NCBI GenBank assembly: GCA_964016885.1
Contig: OZ024740.1
Coordinates: forward strand, 225,990,001 to 226,054,000
Source of the DNA: Eledone cirrhosa
Lineage: Eukaryota
Reading direction: 5' to 3'
DNA: 64,000 bases
Below, in pieces: positions 39,200 through 52,680 of the stretch (positions are counted from its first letter, which is position 1; every line of letters starts with the position of its first letter). A program made the translations under genes and the position numbers. The notes under the pieces were generated by a model. That model was not told where the DNA came from and ran no database searches. It saw nothing but the letters and a program-made list of their open reading frames with translations.

Positions 39200-42100
39200 T
39201 GAGGTAGGAACTGAGGGTCGCATGGTAAATATCCAAGTTAATACTACATCAGTAAAATTAACAATAATAACGTCATGAAAAAAGCTACTAAGAGAAACCC
39301 TCGAAAATTTATCGCTAATACAGCAGGGAAAATTTAACGCTAATACAGCAGGGAACATCATAATATTAACGACATGAAAAAGCTACTAAGAGAAACCCTC
39401 GAAAATTTATCGCTAATACAGCAGGGAAAATTTAACGCTAATACAGCAGGGAACATCATAATATTAACGACATGAAAAAGCTACTAAGAGAGACCCTCGA
39501 AAATTTATCGCTAATACAGCAGGGAAAATTTAACGCTAATACAGCAGGGAACATCATAATATTAACGACATGAAAAAGCTACTAAGAGAAACCCTCGAAA
39601 ATTTATCGCTAATACAGCAGGGAAAATTTAACGCTAATACAGCAGGGAACATCATAATATTAACGACAATATGTAGGCTAAAATACCTTCGTAGATTAGG
39701 TGGATGGCTGGCTGGGAAAATTTGAATCAGCTCTACTGGTACATTTTAGCAGAGAAGAATGGCAAAGTGTCTTATCTCTTCAATATTTTCAGATTGAATG
39801 AATTAGGTTAAAGACAGGGTAGTAAGCCTTAAAGAAGTGCATAGAGGGGGGGGGGGGGGTAGGAACTGAGGGTCGCATGGTAAATAACTGAAAGAGATAC
39901 AATAGGATTAGAATACCGCATGGTAAATATCCAAGTTAATAAGTTAATACTACATCAGTAAAATTAACAATAATAACGTCATGAAAAAAGCTACTAAGAG
40001 AAACCCTCGAAAATTTATCGCTAATACAGCAGGGAAAATTTAACGCTAATACAGCAGGGAACATCATAATATTAACGACATGAAAAAGCTACTAAGAGAG
40101 ACCCTCGAAAATTTATCGCTAATACAGCAGGGAAAATTTAACGCTAATACAGCAGGGAAAATTTAACGCTAATACAGCAGGGAACATCATAATATTAACG
40201 ACATGAAAAAGCTACTAAGAGAGACCCTCGAAAATTTATCGCTAATACAGCAGGGAAAATTTATCGCTAATACAGCAGGGAAAATTTAACGCTAATACAG
40301 CAGGGAACATCATAATATTAACGACATGAAAAAGCTACTAAGAGAAACCCTCGAAAATTTATCGCTAATACAGCAGGGAAAATTTAACGCTAATACAGCA
40401 GGGAAAATTTAACGCTAATACAGCAGGGAACATCATAATATTAACGACATGAAAAAGCTACTAAGAGAGACCCTCGAAAATTTATCGCTAATACAGCAGG
40501 GAAAATTTATCGCTAATACAGCAGGGAAAATTTAACGCTAATACAGCAGGGAACATCATAATATTAACGACATGAAAAAGCTACTAAGAGAGACCCTCGA
40601 ACTGAGGGTCGCATGGTAAATATCCAAGTTAATACTACATCAGTAAAATTAACAATAATAACGTCATGAAAAAAGCTACTAAGAGAAACCCTCGAAAATT
40701 TATCGCTAATACAGCAGGGAAAATTTAACGCTAATACAGCAGGGAACATCATAATATTAACGACATGAAAAAGCTACTAAGAGAAACCCTCGAAAATTTA
40801 TCGCTAATACAGCAGGGAAAATTTAACGCTAATACAGCAGGGAACATCATAATATTAACGACATGAAAAAGCTACTAAGAGAGACCCTCGAAAATTTATC
40901 GCTAATACAGCAGGGAAAATTTAACGCTAATACAGCAGGGAACATCATAATATTAACGACATGAAAAAGCTACTAAGAGAAACCCTCGAAAATTTATCGC
41001 TAATACAGCAGGGAAAATTTAACGCTAATACAGCAGGGAACATCATAATATTAACGACAATATGTAGGCTAAAATACCTTCGTAGATTAGGTGGATGGCT
41101 GGCTGGGAAAATTTGAATCAGCTCTACTGGTACATTTTAGCAGAGAAGAATGGCAAAGTGTCTTATCTCTTCAATATTTTCAGATTGAATGAATTAGGTT
41201 AAAGACAGGGTAGTAAGCCTTAAAGAAGTGCATAGAGGGGGGGGGGGGGGGTAGGAACTGAGGGTCGCATGGTAAATAACTGAAAGAGATACAATAGGAT
41301 TAGAATACCGCATGGTAAATATCCAAGTTAATAAGTTAATACTACATCAGTAAAATTAACAATAATAACGTCATGAAAAAAGCTACTAAGAGAAACCCTC
41401 GAAAATTTATCGCTAATACAGCAGGGAAAATTTAACGCTAATACAGCAGGGAACATCATAATATTAACGACATGAAAAAGCTACTAAGAGAGACCCTCGA
41501 AAATTTATCGCTAATACAGCAGGGAAAATTTAACGCTAATACAGCAGGGAAAATTTAACGCTAATACAGCAGGGAACATCATAATATTAACGACATGAAA
41601 AAGCTACTAAGAGAGACCCTCGAAAATTTATCGCTAATACAGCAGGGAAAATTTATCGCTAATACAGCAGGGAAAATTTAACGCTAATACAGCAGGGAAC
41701 ATCATAATATTAACGACATGAAAAAGCTACTAAGAGAAACCCTCGAAAATTTATCGCTAATACAGCAGGGAAAATTTAACGCTAATACAGCAGGGAAAAT
41801 TTAACGCTAATACAGCAGGGAACATCATAATATTAACGACATGAAAAAGCTACTAAGAGAGACCCTCGAAAATTTATCGCTAATACAGCAGGGAAAATTT
41901 ATCGCTAATACAGCAGGGAAAATTTAACGCTAATACAGCAGGGAACATCATAATATTAACGACATGAAAAAGCTACTAAGAGAGACCCTCGAAAATTTAT
42001 CGCTAATACAGCAGGGAAAATTTAACGCTAATACAGCAGGGAACATCATAATATTAACGACATGAAAAAGCTACTAAGAGAAACCCTCGAAAATTTATCG

Positions 42101-45100
42101 CTAATACAGCAGGGAAAATTTAACGCTAATACAGCAGGGAACATCATAATATTAACGACAATATGTAGGCTAAAATACCTTCGTAGATTAGGTGGATGGC
42201 TGGCTGGGAAAATTTGAATCAGCTCTACTGGTACATTTTAGCAGAGAAGAATGGCAAAGTGTCTTATCTCTTCAATATTTTCAGATTGAATGAATTAGGT
42301 TAAAGACAGGGTAGTAAGCCTTAAAGAAGTGCATAGAGGGGGGGGGGGGTAGGAACTGAGGGTCGCATGGTAAATAACTGAAAGAGATACAATAGGATTA
42401 GAATACCGCATGGTAAATATCCAAGTTAATAAGTTAATACTACATCAGTAAAATTAACAATAATAACGTCATGAAAAAAGCTACTAAGAGAAACCCTCGA
42501 AAATTTATCGCTAATACAGCAGGGAAAATTTAACGCTAATACAGCAGGGAACATCATAATATTAACGACATGAAAAAGCTACTAAGAGAGACCCTCGAAA
42601 ATTTATCGCTAATACAGCAGGGAAAATTTAACGCTAATACAGCAGGGAAAATTTAACGCTAATACAGCAGGGAACATCATAATATTAACGACATGAAAAA
42701 GCTACTAAGAGAGACCCTCGAAAATTTATCGCTAATACAGCAGGGAAAATTTATCGCTAATACAGCAGGGAAAATTTAACGCTAATACAGCAGGGAACAT
42801 CATAATATTAACGACATGAAAAAGCTACTAAGAGAAACCCTCGAAAATTTATCGCTAATACAGCAGGGAAAATTTAACGCTAATACAGCAGGGAAAATTT
42901 AACGCTAATACAGCAGGGAACATCATAATATTAACGACATGAAAAAGCTACTAAGAGAGACCCTCGAAAATTTATCGCTAATACAGCAGGGAAAATTTAT
43001 CGCTAATACAGCAGGGAAAATTTAACGCTAATACAGCAGGGAACATCATAATATTAACGACATGAAAAAGCTACTAAGAGAGACCCTCGAAAATTTATCG
43101 CTAATACAGCAGGGAAAATTTAACGCTAATACAGCAGGGAACATCATAATATTAACGACATGAAAAAGCTACTAAGAGAAACCCTCGAAAATTTATCGCT
43201 AATACAGCAGGGAAAATTTAACGCTAATACAGCAGGGAACATCATAATATTAACGACAATATGTAGGCTAAAATACCTTCGTAGATTAGGTGGATGGCTG
43301 GCTGGGAAAATTTGAATCAGCTCTACTGGTACATTTTAGCAGAGAAGAATGGCAAAGTGTCTTATCTCTTCAATATTTTCAGATTGAATGAATTAGGTTA
43401 AAGACAGGGTAGTAAGCCTTAAAGAAGTGCATAGAGGGGGGGGGGGGTAGGAACTGAGGGTCGCATGGTAAATAACTGAAAGAGATACAATAGGATTAGA
43501 ATACCGCATGGTAAATATCCAAGTTAATAAGTTAATACTACATCAGTAAAATTAACAATAATAACGTCATGAAAAAAGCTACTAAGAGAAACCCTCGAAA
43601 ATTTATCGCTAATACAGCAGGGAAAATTTAACGCTAATACAGCAGGGAACATCATAATATTAACGACATGAAAAAGCTACTAAGAGAGACCCTCGAAAAT
43701 TTATCGCTAATACAGCAGGGAAAATTTAACGCTAATACAGCAGGGAAAATTTAACGCTAATACAGCAGGGAACATCATAATATTAACGACATGAAAAAGC
43801 TACTAAGAGAGACCCTCGAAAATTTATCGCTAATACAGCAGGGAAAATTTATCGCTAATACAGCAGGGAAAATTTAACGCTAATACAGCAGGGAACATCA
43901 TAATATTAACGACATGAAAAAGCTACTAAGAGAAACCCTCGAAAATTTATCGCTAATACAGCAGGGAAAATTTAACGCTAATACAGCAGGGAAAATTTAA
44001 CGCTAATACAGCAGGGAACATCATAATATTAACGACATGAAAAAGCTACTAAGAGAGACCCTCGAAAATTTATCGCTAATACAGCAGGGAAAATTTATCG
44101 CTAATACAGCAGGGAAAATTTAACGCTAATACAGCAGGGAACATCATAATATTAACGACATGAAAAAGCTACTAAGAGAAACCCTCGAAAATTTATCGCT
44201 AATACAGCAGGGAAAATTTAACGCTAATACAGCAGGGAACATCATAATATTAACGACAATATGTAGGCTAAAATACCTTCGTAGATTAGGTGGATGGCTG
44301 GCTGGGAAAATTTGAATCAGCTCTACTGGTACATTTTAGCAGAGAAGAATGGCAAAGTGTCTTATCTCTTCAATATTTTCAGATTGAATGAATTAGGTTA
44401 AAGACAGGGTAGTAAGCCTTAAAGAAGTGCATAGAGGGGGGGGGGGTAGGAACTGAGGGTCGCATGGTAAATAACTGAAAGAGATACAATAGGATTAGAA
44501 TACCGCATGGTAAATATCCAAGTTAATAAGTTAATACTACATCAGTAAAATTAACAATAATAACGTCATGAAAAAAGCTACTAAGAGAAACCCTCGAAAA
44601 TTTATCGCTAATACAGCAGGGAAAATTTAACGCTAATACAGCAGGGAACATCATAATATTAACGACATGAAAAAGCTACTAAGAGAGACCCTCGAAAATT
44701 TATCGCTAATACAGCAGGGAAAATTTAACGCTAATACAGCAGGGAACATCATAATATTAACGACATGAAAAAGCTACTAAGAGAAACCCTCGAAAATTTA
44801 TCGCTAATACAGCAGGGAAAATTTAACGCTAATACAGCAGGGAACATCATAATATTAACGACAATATGTAGGCTAAAATACCTTCGTAGATTAGGTGGAT
44901 GGCTGGCTGGGAAAATTTGAATCAGCTCTACTGGTACATTTTAGCAGAGAAGAATGGCAAAGTGTCTTATCTCTTCAATATTTTCAGATTGAATGAATTA
45001 GGTTAAAGACAGGGTAGTAAGCCTTAAAGAAGTGCATAGAGGGGGGGGGGGGTAGGAACTGAGGGTCGCATGGTAAATAACTGAAAGAGATACAATAGGA

Positions 45101-46257
45101 TTAGAATACCGCATGGTAAATATCCAAGTTAATAAGTTAATACTACATCAGTAAAATTAACAATAATAACGTCATGAAAAAAGCTACTAAGAGAAACCCT
45201 CGAAAATTTATCGCTAATACAGCAGGGAAAATTTAACGCTAATACAGCAGGGAACATCATAATATTAACGACATGAAAAAGCTACTAAGAGAGACCCTCG
45301 AAAATTTATCGCTAATACAGCAGGGAAAATTTAACGCTAATACAGCAGGGAACATCATAATATTAACGACATGAAAAAGCTACTAAGAGAAACCCTCGAA
45401 AATTTATCGCTAATACAGCAGGGAAAATTTAACGCTAATACAGCAGGGAACATCATAATATTAACGACAATATGTAGGCTAAAATACCTTCGTAGATTAG
45501 GTGGATGGCTGGCTGGGAAAATTTGAATCAGCTCTACTGGTACATTTTAGCAGAGAAGAATGGCAAAGTGTCTTATCTCTTCAATATTTTCAGATTGAAT
45601 GAATTAGGTTAAAGACAGGGTAGTAAGCCTTAAAGAAGTGCATAGAGGGGGGGGGTAGGAACTGAGGGTCGCATGGTAAATAACTGAAAGAGATACAATA
45701 GGATTAGAATACCGCATGGTAAATATCCAAGTTAATAAGTTAATACTACATCAGTAAAATTAACAATAATAACGTCATGAAAAAAGCTACTAAGAGAAAC
45801 CCTCGAAAATTTATCGCTAATACAGCAGGGAAAATTTAACGCTAATACAGCAGGGAACATCATAATATTAACGACATGAAAAAGCTACTAAGAGAGACCC
45901 TCGAAAATTTATCGCTAATACAGCAGGGAAAATTTAACGCTAATACAGCAGGGAACATCATAATATTAACGACATGAAAAAGCTACTAAGAGAAACCCTC
46001 GAAAATTTATCGCTAATACAGCAGGGAAAATTTAACGCTAATACAGCAGGGAACATCATAATATTAACGACAATATGTAGGCTAAAATACCTTCGTAGAT
46101 TAGGTGGATGGCTGGCTGGGAAAATTTGAATCAGCTCTACTGGTACATTTTAGCAGAGAAGAATGGCAAAGTGTCTTATCTCTTCAATATTTTCAGATTG
46201 AATGAATTAGGTTAAAGACAGGGTAGTAAGCCTTAAAGAAGTGCATAGAGGGGGGGG

Positions 46258-46260
<3 letters not shown>
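39200..46260. repeat. Three-level nested tandem array (25 bp within 98/123 bp within ~0.6-1.1-kb monomers)
   Basis: 25-mer gaaaattta[a/t]cgctaatacagcagg occurs 2-3 times per 98/123-bp unit. Runs of units alternate with a ~310-bp block containing a G run; eight G runs end near 39859, 41251, 42349, 43447, 44446, 45052, 45655 and 46259. Confidence 0.98.
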
Positions 46261-46353
<93 letters not shown>

Positions 46354-46389
46354 AGAGAGTATTGGAGTTTGCTTGAAGCACTGTGGAAG

Positions 46390-46967
46390 CGTTTTGGAAG
46401 TCTCGACAATGTAGATGGGTAAATCTCCGAGTGACAGAATCCGGTGAAGAGACGGAGTGATGTAAGGGAATGTAGAATGAGATGTATAGTGTGAAGAGGA
46501 ACGTAGGAAAGAGCATAAAAAATAAAAATAATAACACGAGATAGAGTTACCTTCGGAGAGATTTAATTGTCCCTCTATTTCGGATTCGCCTCCATCAACT
46601 GGGGAGTTTTCCGGGGAGGGGGGAAGTTATGTGTCAGAGAGGAACGGTACATGGCCTCTGTTGTCCGCTAATACCTCACTTACACACAAACAGCGGACAA
46701 CAGAGGTCACGTACCGTTCCTCTCCGACAGATAACTCCCCCCCCCCCTCCTTCCAGAAGTTGATGGATGCGAATCCGAAATATAGGGACAAATAAATCTC
46801 TCCCAAGGTAATTCTATCTCGTGTTATTATTTTTATTTATTACTCTCTTTCCTACGTTCCTCTACACACTATACATCTCATTCTACATTCCCTTACATCT
46901 CTCTCTTCACCAACGGATTCTGTTACCCGGAGATTTACCCATCTGCATTGTTGAGGCTTCATAAACG
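46390..46967. repeat. Fold-back palindrome (~280-bp imperfect arms, 22-nt loop) between (TA)n tracts
   Basis: cgttttggaagtctcgacaatgtagatgggtaaatctccg...ctctgttgtccgct | loop 46670-46691 | agcggacaacagag...cggagatttacccatctgcattgttgaggcttcataaacg. Confidence 0.95.
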
Positions 46968-47351
46968 ACAAAAAAACATATTTATATATATATATATACA
47001 TATACATATATGTATATATATGTGTGTGTATGGGTATATGTATATATAATATATATATAAATGATCACACATATACGTACATGTTTATATATGTGTATGT
47101 ACGTATGTATATAAATATATATGTATATATATATATATATATATGTATGTATACGTATATATATATATATGTATGTATATATGTATATATATATACATAT
47201 GTACATATATATATATATACGTATGTATATATACATATGTGTATATACATATGTTTATATACATATATATATATATATGTATACATATATAAATATATAT
47301 ATGTATACATATATACATAATGTAGGAGGTGAGTTTTATTGTAGTACAATA

Positions 47352-47870
<519 letters not shown>

Positions 47871-48690
47871 ATATATATATATATGTTATATATATATATA
47901 TATATGCCTATATACACACACACATATATATACATATATGTATACGTAAATATATGTATATTCATGTTTGTATATACTTATATATGCATTTGTGTATGTA
48001 TATATGCATATATACATACATATATATATATGTGTGTGTGTGTGTATGTTTGTACACTTGTGCTTGTGTATATATATACACACAAGCACAAGGGTACACA
48101 CATATATATGTATATGTATATGTAGCTCTATGTACACACACAAAGACACATGAATAAAACCATATATCTTATTATTAGGTTTTCAATATCATTGAGTTAT
48201 TTATTTGTTATCACCATATTTTTGTGACTACTGCGTTACCACTCTTAATACTCCGTCAGCTCTCACTTAATTCAAATAATCTTATTATAGTTTGATTTGG
48301 TTAAATACTTTATATATTTTTCTCAATTTTTGAAATATACTGCTATCGTCATATCTGTCAGCCTTATTTCCCATTCATGTATATTCTCAGTCAGAAAATG
48401 TATGAATGTGTATCTCAGCAACATGTAACATGTGTATATATATATATAAATAAGAGTTCTTCCTTGAATGTGCAAGTTTATATGCATCTGTTTGTTATCT
48501 AGTTTATTGTGTGTGTTTATCATACTATATAATACAGGTGAAATTCTCTGCTAGGTTGTGATAATAAGCATGTCCAAATTTATATGTAAGCTTCAAGTAA
48601 AATATTCTATAATGCTTATGTGCATGATAAATAGGTTATCTCTTCCGATAAGCATTTGCATATAGATTATGCTGTGATGATGATGATAAC

Positions 48691-48792
<102 letters not shown>

Positions 48793-50535
48793 TTCTCTCT
48801 CTCTCTACACACACATATATATATATATGTGTGCGTGTGTATATATATATACCCATATATGTGTATTTTTAACTATTACATTTCATAGTTACATTTATAT
48901 GTGTCTCGTGAGCCTCTGGTTTATAAATGTATGTGTTGATATAAAATATTTACATAAGTATACAATGAAATTATGATGAATGTATATATGTATATTCACT
49001 AGGCTTAGTAACACTGAATTATGTGTAGATTAACACATGTATATCCCCTTTTTTATTTATTTGTTAAAATCCTGCCAAATCCAGCAAAGAACAAGGCAAT
49101 CATTAATTGGGAAAGAAGGTACATGAATATCAATGAAGAAACCTTCACATACATAAAATCATATAGTATACTTTATATAAGTCTTGCACGTGTAAATCTT
49201 ATTTTTTTACTTCCTTATCTATGGATTGGATTTGCTGAAATCAGATTAAGTAGTTTACTTTCTTTCTTGTAAACCTCAACTCAGTTTCTGAAAACTACTA
49301 CATAAATGTATGCTAATGTGGAAACATACACCAATGTGACGACTTAAACAGAGCAATATGTGAATAATTTCCAAAGCTGTGCTTTCATTTAAGTATATAA
49401 ACTTGTGCATTAAATAATGATTTTTGTTGACAAGGCACAAGGCCATGTTTGTAAAGAAAGGCTTATAGTTTTTGAAATCCAATCTTAGTATATTATTAGT
49501 AATTATTTTATTTAAGCCTGTAGAAGATTTAACTCAAGGTCAACTTCAGCAGGATTAGAATATTGAAATGTAAGGCAATGAATAAGACACTAAAAACAAA
49601 ACAAAAACTAAGACAGATTCTGTTCTTCATAATAACAACTAAATTTCATTCACATTATCTCTATAACTATAATATTGATAAAATATGTTCTGTAAATGTA
49701 AATGCATTTTGTATATATAATAAGGATTGCTAATATTGTGACATAACAATACATTTTAAGGGAAAGTATAGTTGACAAAATCTATTCGAGACATTGATTG
49801 CCACTTATTATATTAACTCTGGAATGATGAAAGGCAAAAGTTAAGAATGGTGAGATTTAAATTCAGATTATAAAAAGGTATGCTTTATTTACGTGTGTAT
49901 AACACATATTTTTTTTCCAGAGTTTTAAACTTCAAAGTTATGTGTGCACATTATACACAAGAACTAAATGCTACACATATAAGTCACCCACACATACACA
50001 CACACACACACACTTATTTTATGCCTGAGAAATGGGTAAAATACAAACCTTGTTTATTAGTCAAGGCAGCTAATCAACACATTATGTTTACATGGCGAGG
50101 TTTTGAAATTCTCATAAGTGGAGAATATTTTTCATGAAGTTTTAACATTTTGATATTTAAAGTGTCATTTAGAGTAGTCTAACATTGCTTTTAACCATTT
50201 CATCCATTTTATATAGTTTCAACAAGTTTCTTGTATTTCAGTTTACTCCTGGCCAATCATATTGATATTATACGCAAGTATATATGCATGTAGATATGAT
50301 ACATCAAATAAAATTGTAATTGACAAACTCCTTACTTTATTATAGTTTAGATAACCCATACGTACATATGTATATGTACTTCACTGCTTTACGATCGTTT
50401 CTAGATGATGATATTTGCTTTTGAAAACAGCTGGTGATACGCATGTAAGTAAATATTCTCTTTATCTGATAGTTTGTACCTAACCTTACATAGAACAATA
50501 ACTGAGTATAGCTACAATGTATTATCATCACCTAG

Positions 50536-50572
<37 letters not shown>

Positions 50573-50624
50573 GTGTGTATGTATATATATATGTGTGTCT
50601 GTATATATATATATGTGTGTGTGT

Positions 50625-51335
50625 ATGTGTGCATACTTACATTTATGTATCAGATGTGTTAGGGTGAGAAATAAAATATCTAATTTCATTTTTAATATTT
50701 GGCAAGGCCAGCCTTAACTTGTTCGGTATGCAAATGAGGCTATTCAGCCAATGTGTACTTAAGAAAATACGATATATTTTCAACTGATCAACAGATAGGG
50801 CAATCACCCACAAATATGTTCATTGTTCCTCAAAGCCAGTTTTGAACAAACAGGTGACGATCAGTCACAATTTCAAATCAGGCCATTTATTTACAAATGA
50901 GTCGAACATTATTATTAATGTTCGATATAACCCTTGGGTACATATGTATATGTATATATGTGTGTATGTATATATATATGTGTATATATATATGAGTGTA
51001 TGTGTGCATACTTACAATTATGTATCAACTGTGTTAGGGCAAGAAATTAAATTCTAATTTTATTTTTAATATTTGGCAAGGCCAGCCGTAAATTGCTTGG
51101 TATGCAAATGAGGCTCCTCAGTCGATGTGTACTCCACCATTCAACTGACAGGCAGAGGTATACAGTCCTGATGAAGGGTAATGATCCAAAAACATGTTGA
51201 TTGTTCCTCAAAGCCAATGTTGAACAAACAGGTGACGATCGGTCACTGGCGTGGCACAGTTTCAAATCGGGCCATTTATTTACAAACGAATCAAACATTA
51301 TTATTACTGTTCAATATGACCCATACGTACATATG
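50625..51335 (+). repeat. Diverged direct repeat (two ~320-330-bp copies) carrying a decayed hammerhead-like motif
   Basis: ~50629-50945 aligns with ~51004-51335; acagtc-CTGATGA-agggtaatgatcc-aaaaa-catg-tt-gattgt at 51162-51204. Confidence 0.8.
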
Positions 51336-51355
51336 TATATGTGTGTGTGTGTGTG

Positions 51356-51406
<51 letters not shown>

Positions 51407-51408
<2 letters not shown>

Positions 51409-51612
51409 GACCTCCCACAGGAACAAGCCAAAGCACCCAGCACTCACTGTAAATGAGGTTGGTGTTAGGAAGGGCATCCAACTGTAGAAATCAAGCCAGA
51501 ATCAGTTCCCATATGAGCAAGACAAGGTCAGCCGACTGGAGACTGCTCGCAACAGGACAACCCGTCTAACCCATGCTAGCGTGGAAGAACGGACGTAAAA
51601 TGATGATGATTG
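51407..51612 (+). mobile_element. RTE LINE 3'UTR fragment
   Basis: Closely matches the reverse complement of 35541-35730; (gat)n tail; follows (TA)n. Confidence 0.92.
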
Positions 51613-51660
51613 TTATGTAAGTATGCACATATACAAACGCACATAATTATATATATATAT

Positions 51661-51998
51661 CATCATCATCATAACCATTTTACGTCCATTCTTCCACTTG
51701 AAAGGGTGTGACGGGAACTGATTCTGGCTTGGTTTCTACAGCTGGATGCCCTTCCTAACACCAACCTCATTTACAGTGAGTGCTGGGTGCTTTTTTGCCG
51801 TGGCACCTCCATGACCACTTTGCAGTGGAATGATAGGGACCCCAGTTCCTATCATCTCATTTCTACAGCTGAGTAAACTGGAGCAATGTGAAATAAAGTG
51901 TCTTGCTCAAGGAAACAACACATCACCCAGTCTGAGAATTGAACTCACAACCTTTCGATTGCAAGGCCAATGCTCTAACCACTAAGCCATGTGCCTCC
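51661..51998 (-). mobile_element. SINE family B (tRNA head with RTE-derived 3' tail)
   Basis: Reverse complement of 55155-55450, with small indels; (atg)n tail abutting (TA)n. Confidence 0.92.
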
Positions 51999-52493
51999 TT
52001 ACATCTATATATATTTAATGTATGTATGTATGTATATTGAATGTATGAAATGTGAAAAAAGATTAAATGAAAAAATACAAAAAGTTCCAGTGAATATGAA
52101 ATATTTAAAATCTTTCACATTCAAACTAACAATATTGATAATTATGTCATCTTCGTACTTTCTTGCTGTCATTTTATATCAAATTAGCTCTGGTTAAAAG
52201 AATGTTGTTGCTAAGCCAGATATTAGTTTGTCTATGTATGCCATCGTAACATATGAAATTCTGACCTTGGCAGCATCTATCTAGCTCGCTACACTTATAC
52301 TGACATCTTACAAAATGAATTTAGTGAATTTAGATACCATTGACAGCATGTTCTTCAATGGTTCCTATTTGAAAAGCTTTTCATTTCTTTTTTACTATTT
52401 CAACACCTATAGACATATATATATATATATATATAGTGGTGGTGATGGTGGTGGTGGTGGTGGGCGTGGGGTATATAAGTGTGTGTGTGCATG

Positions 52494-52524
<31 letters not shown>

Positions 52525-52599
52525 TTGTATTTGTGTCTTTGGATATGTATATGCATTTATATATAGATAGATGCATAATCTATAACCTCTCTCTATCTT

Positions 52600-52680
<81 letters not shown>

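Larger units (their letters stand above)
35541..46260 (-). mobile_element. Apparently full-length RTE-clade LINE with a ~7-kb tandem upstream monomer array, bounded by (TA)n on both sides
   Basis: (atg)n tail at 35541, 3'UTR 35541-35839, intact ORF 35840-38959, leader 38960-39200 running into the monomer array, which ends at a monomer boundary at 46260 next to (TA)n. Confidence 0.8.

Noticed and set aside
39200-46260. CRISPR-like repeat/spacer appearance
   Set aside because: Intervening segments are identical, not unique spacers; no cas genes; eukaryotic context.
46755-46790. Hammerhead-like ggat-gcga-atcc-GAAA-tata in the palindrome arm
   Set aside because: No CTGANGA core at the right spacing and no helix I; not supportable as a ribozyme.
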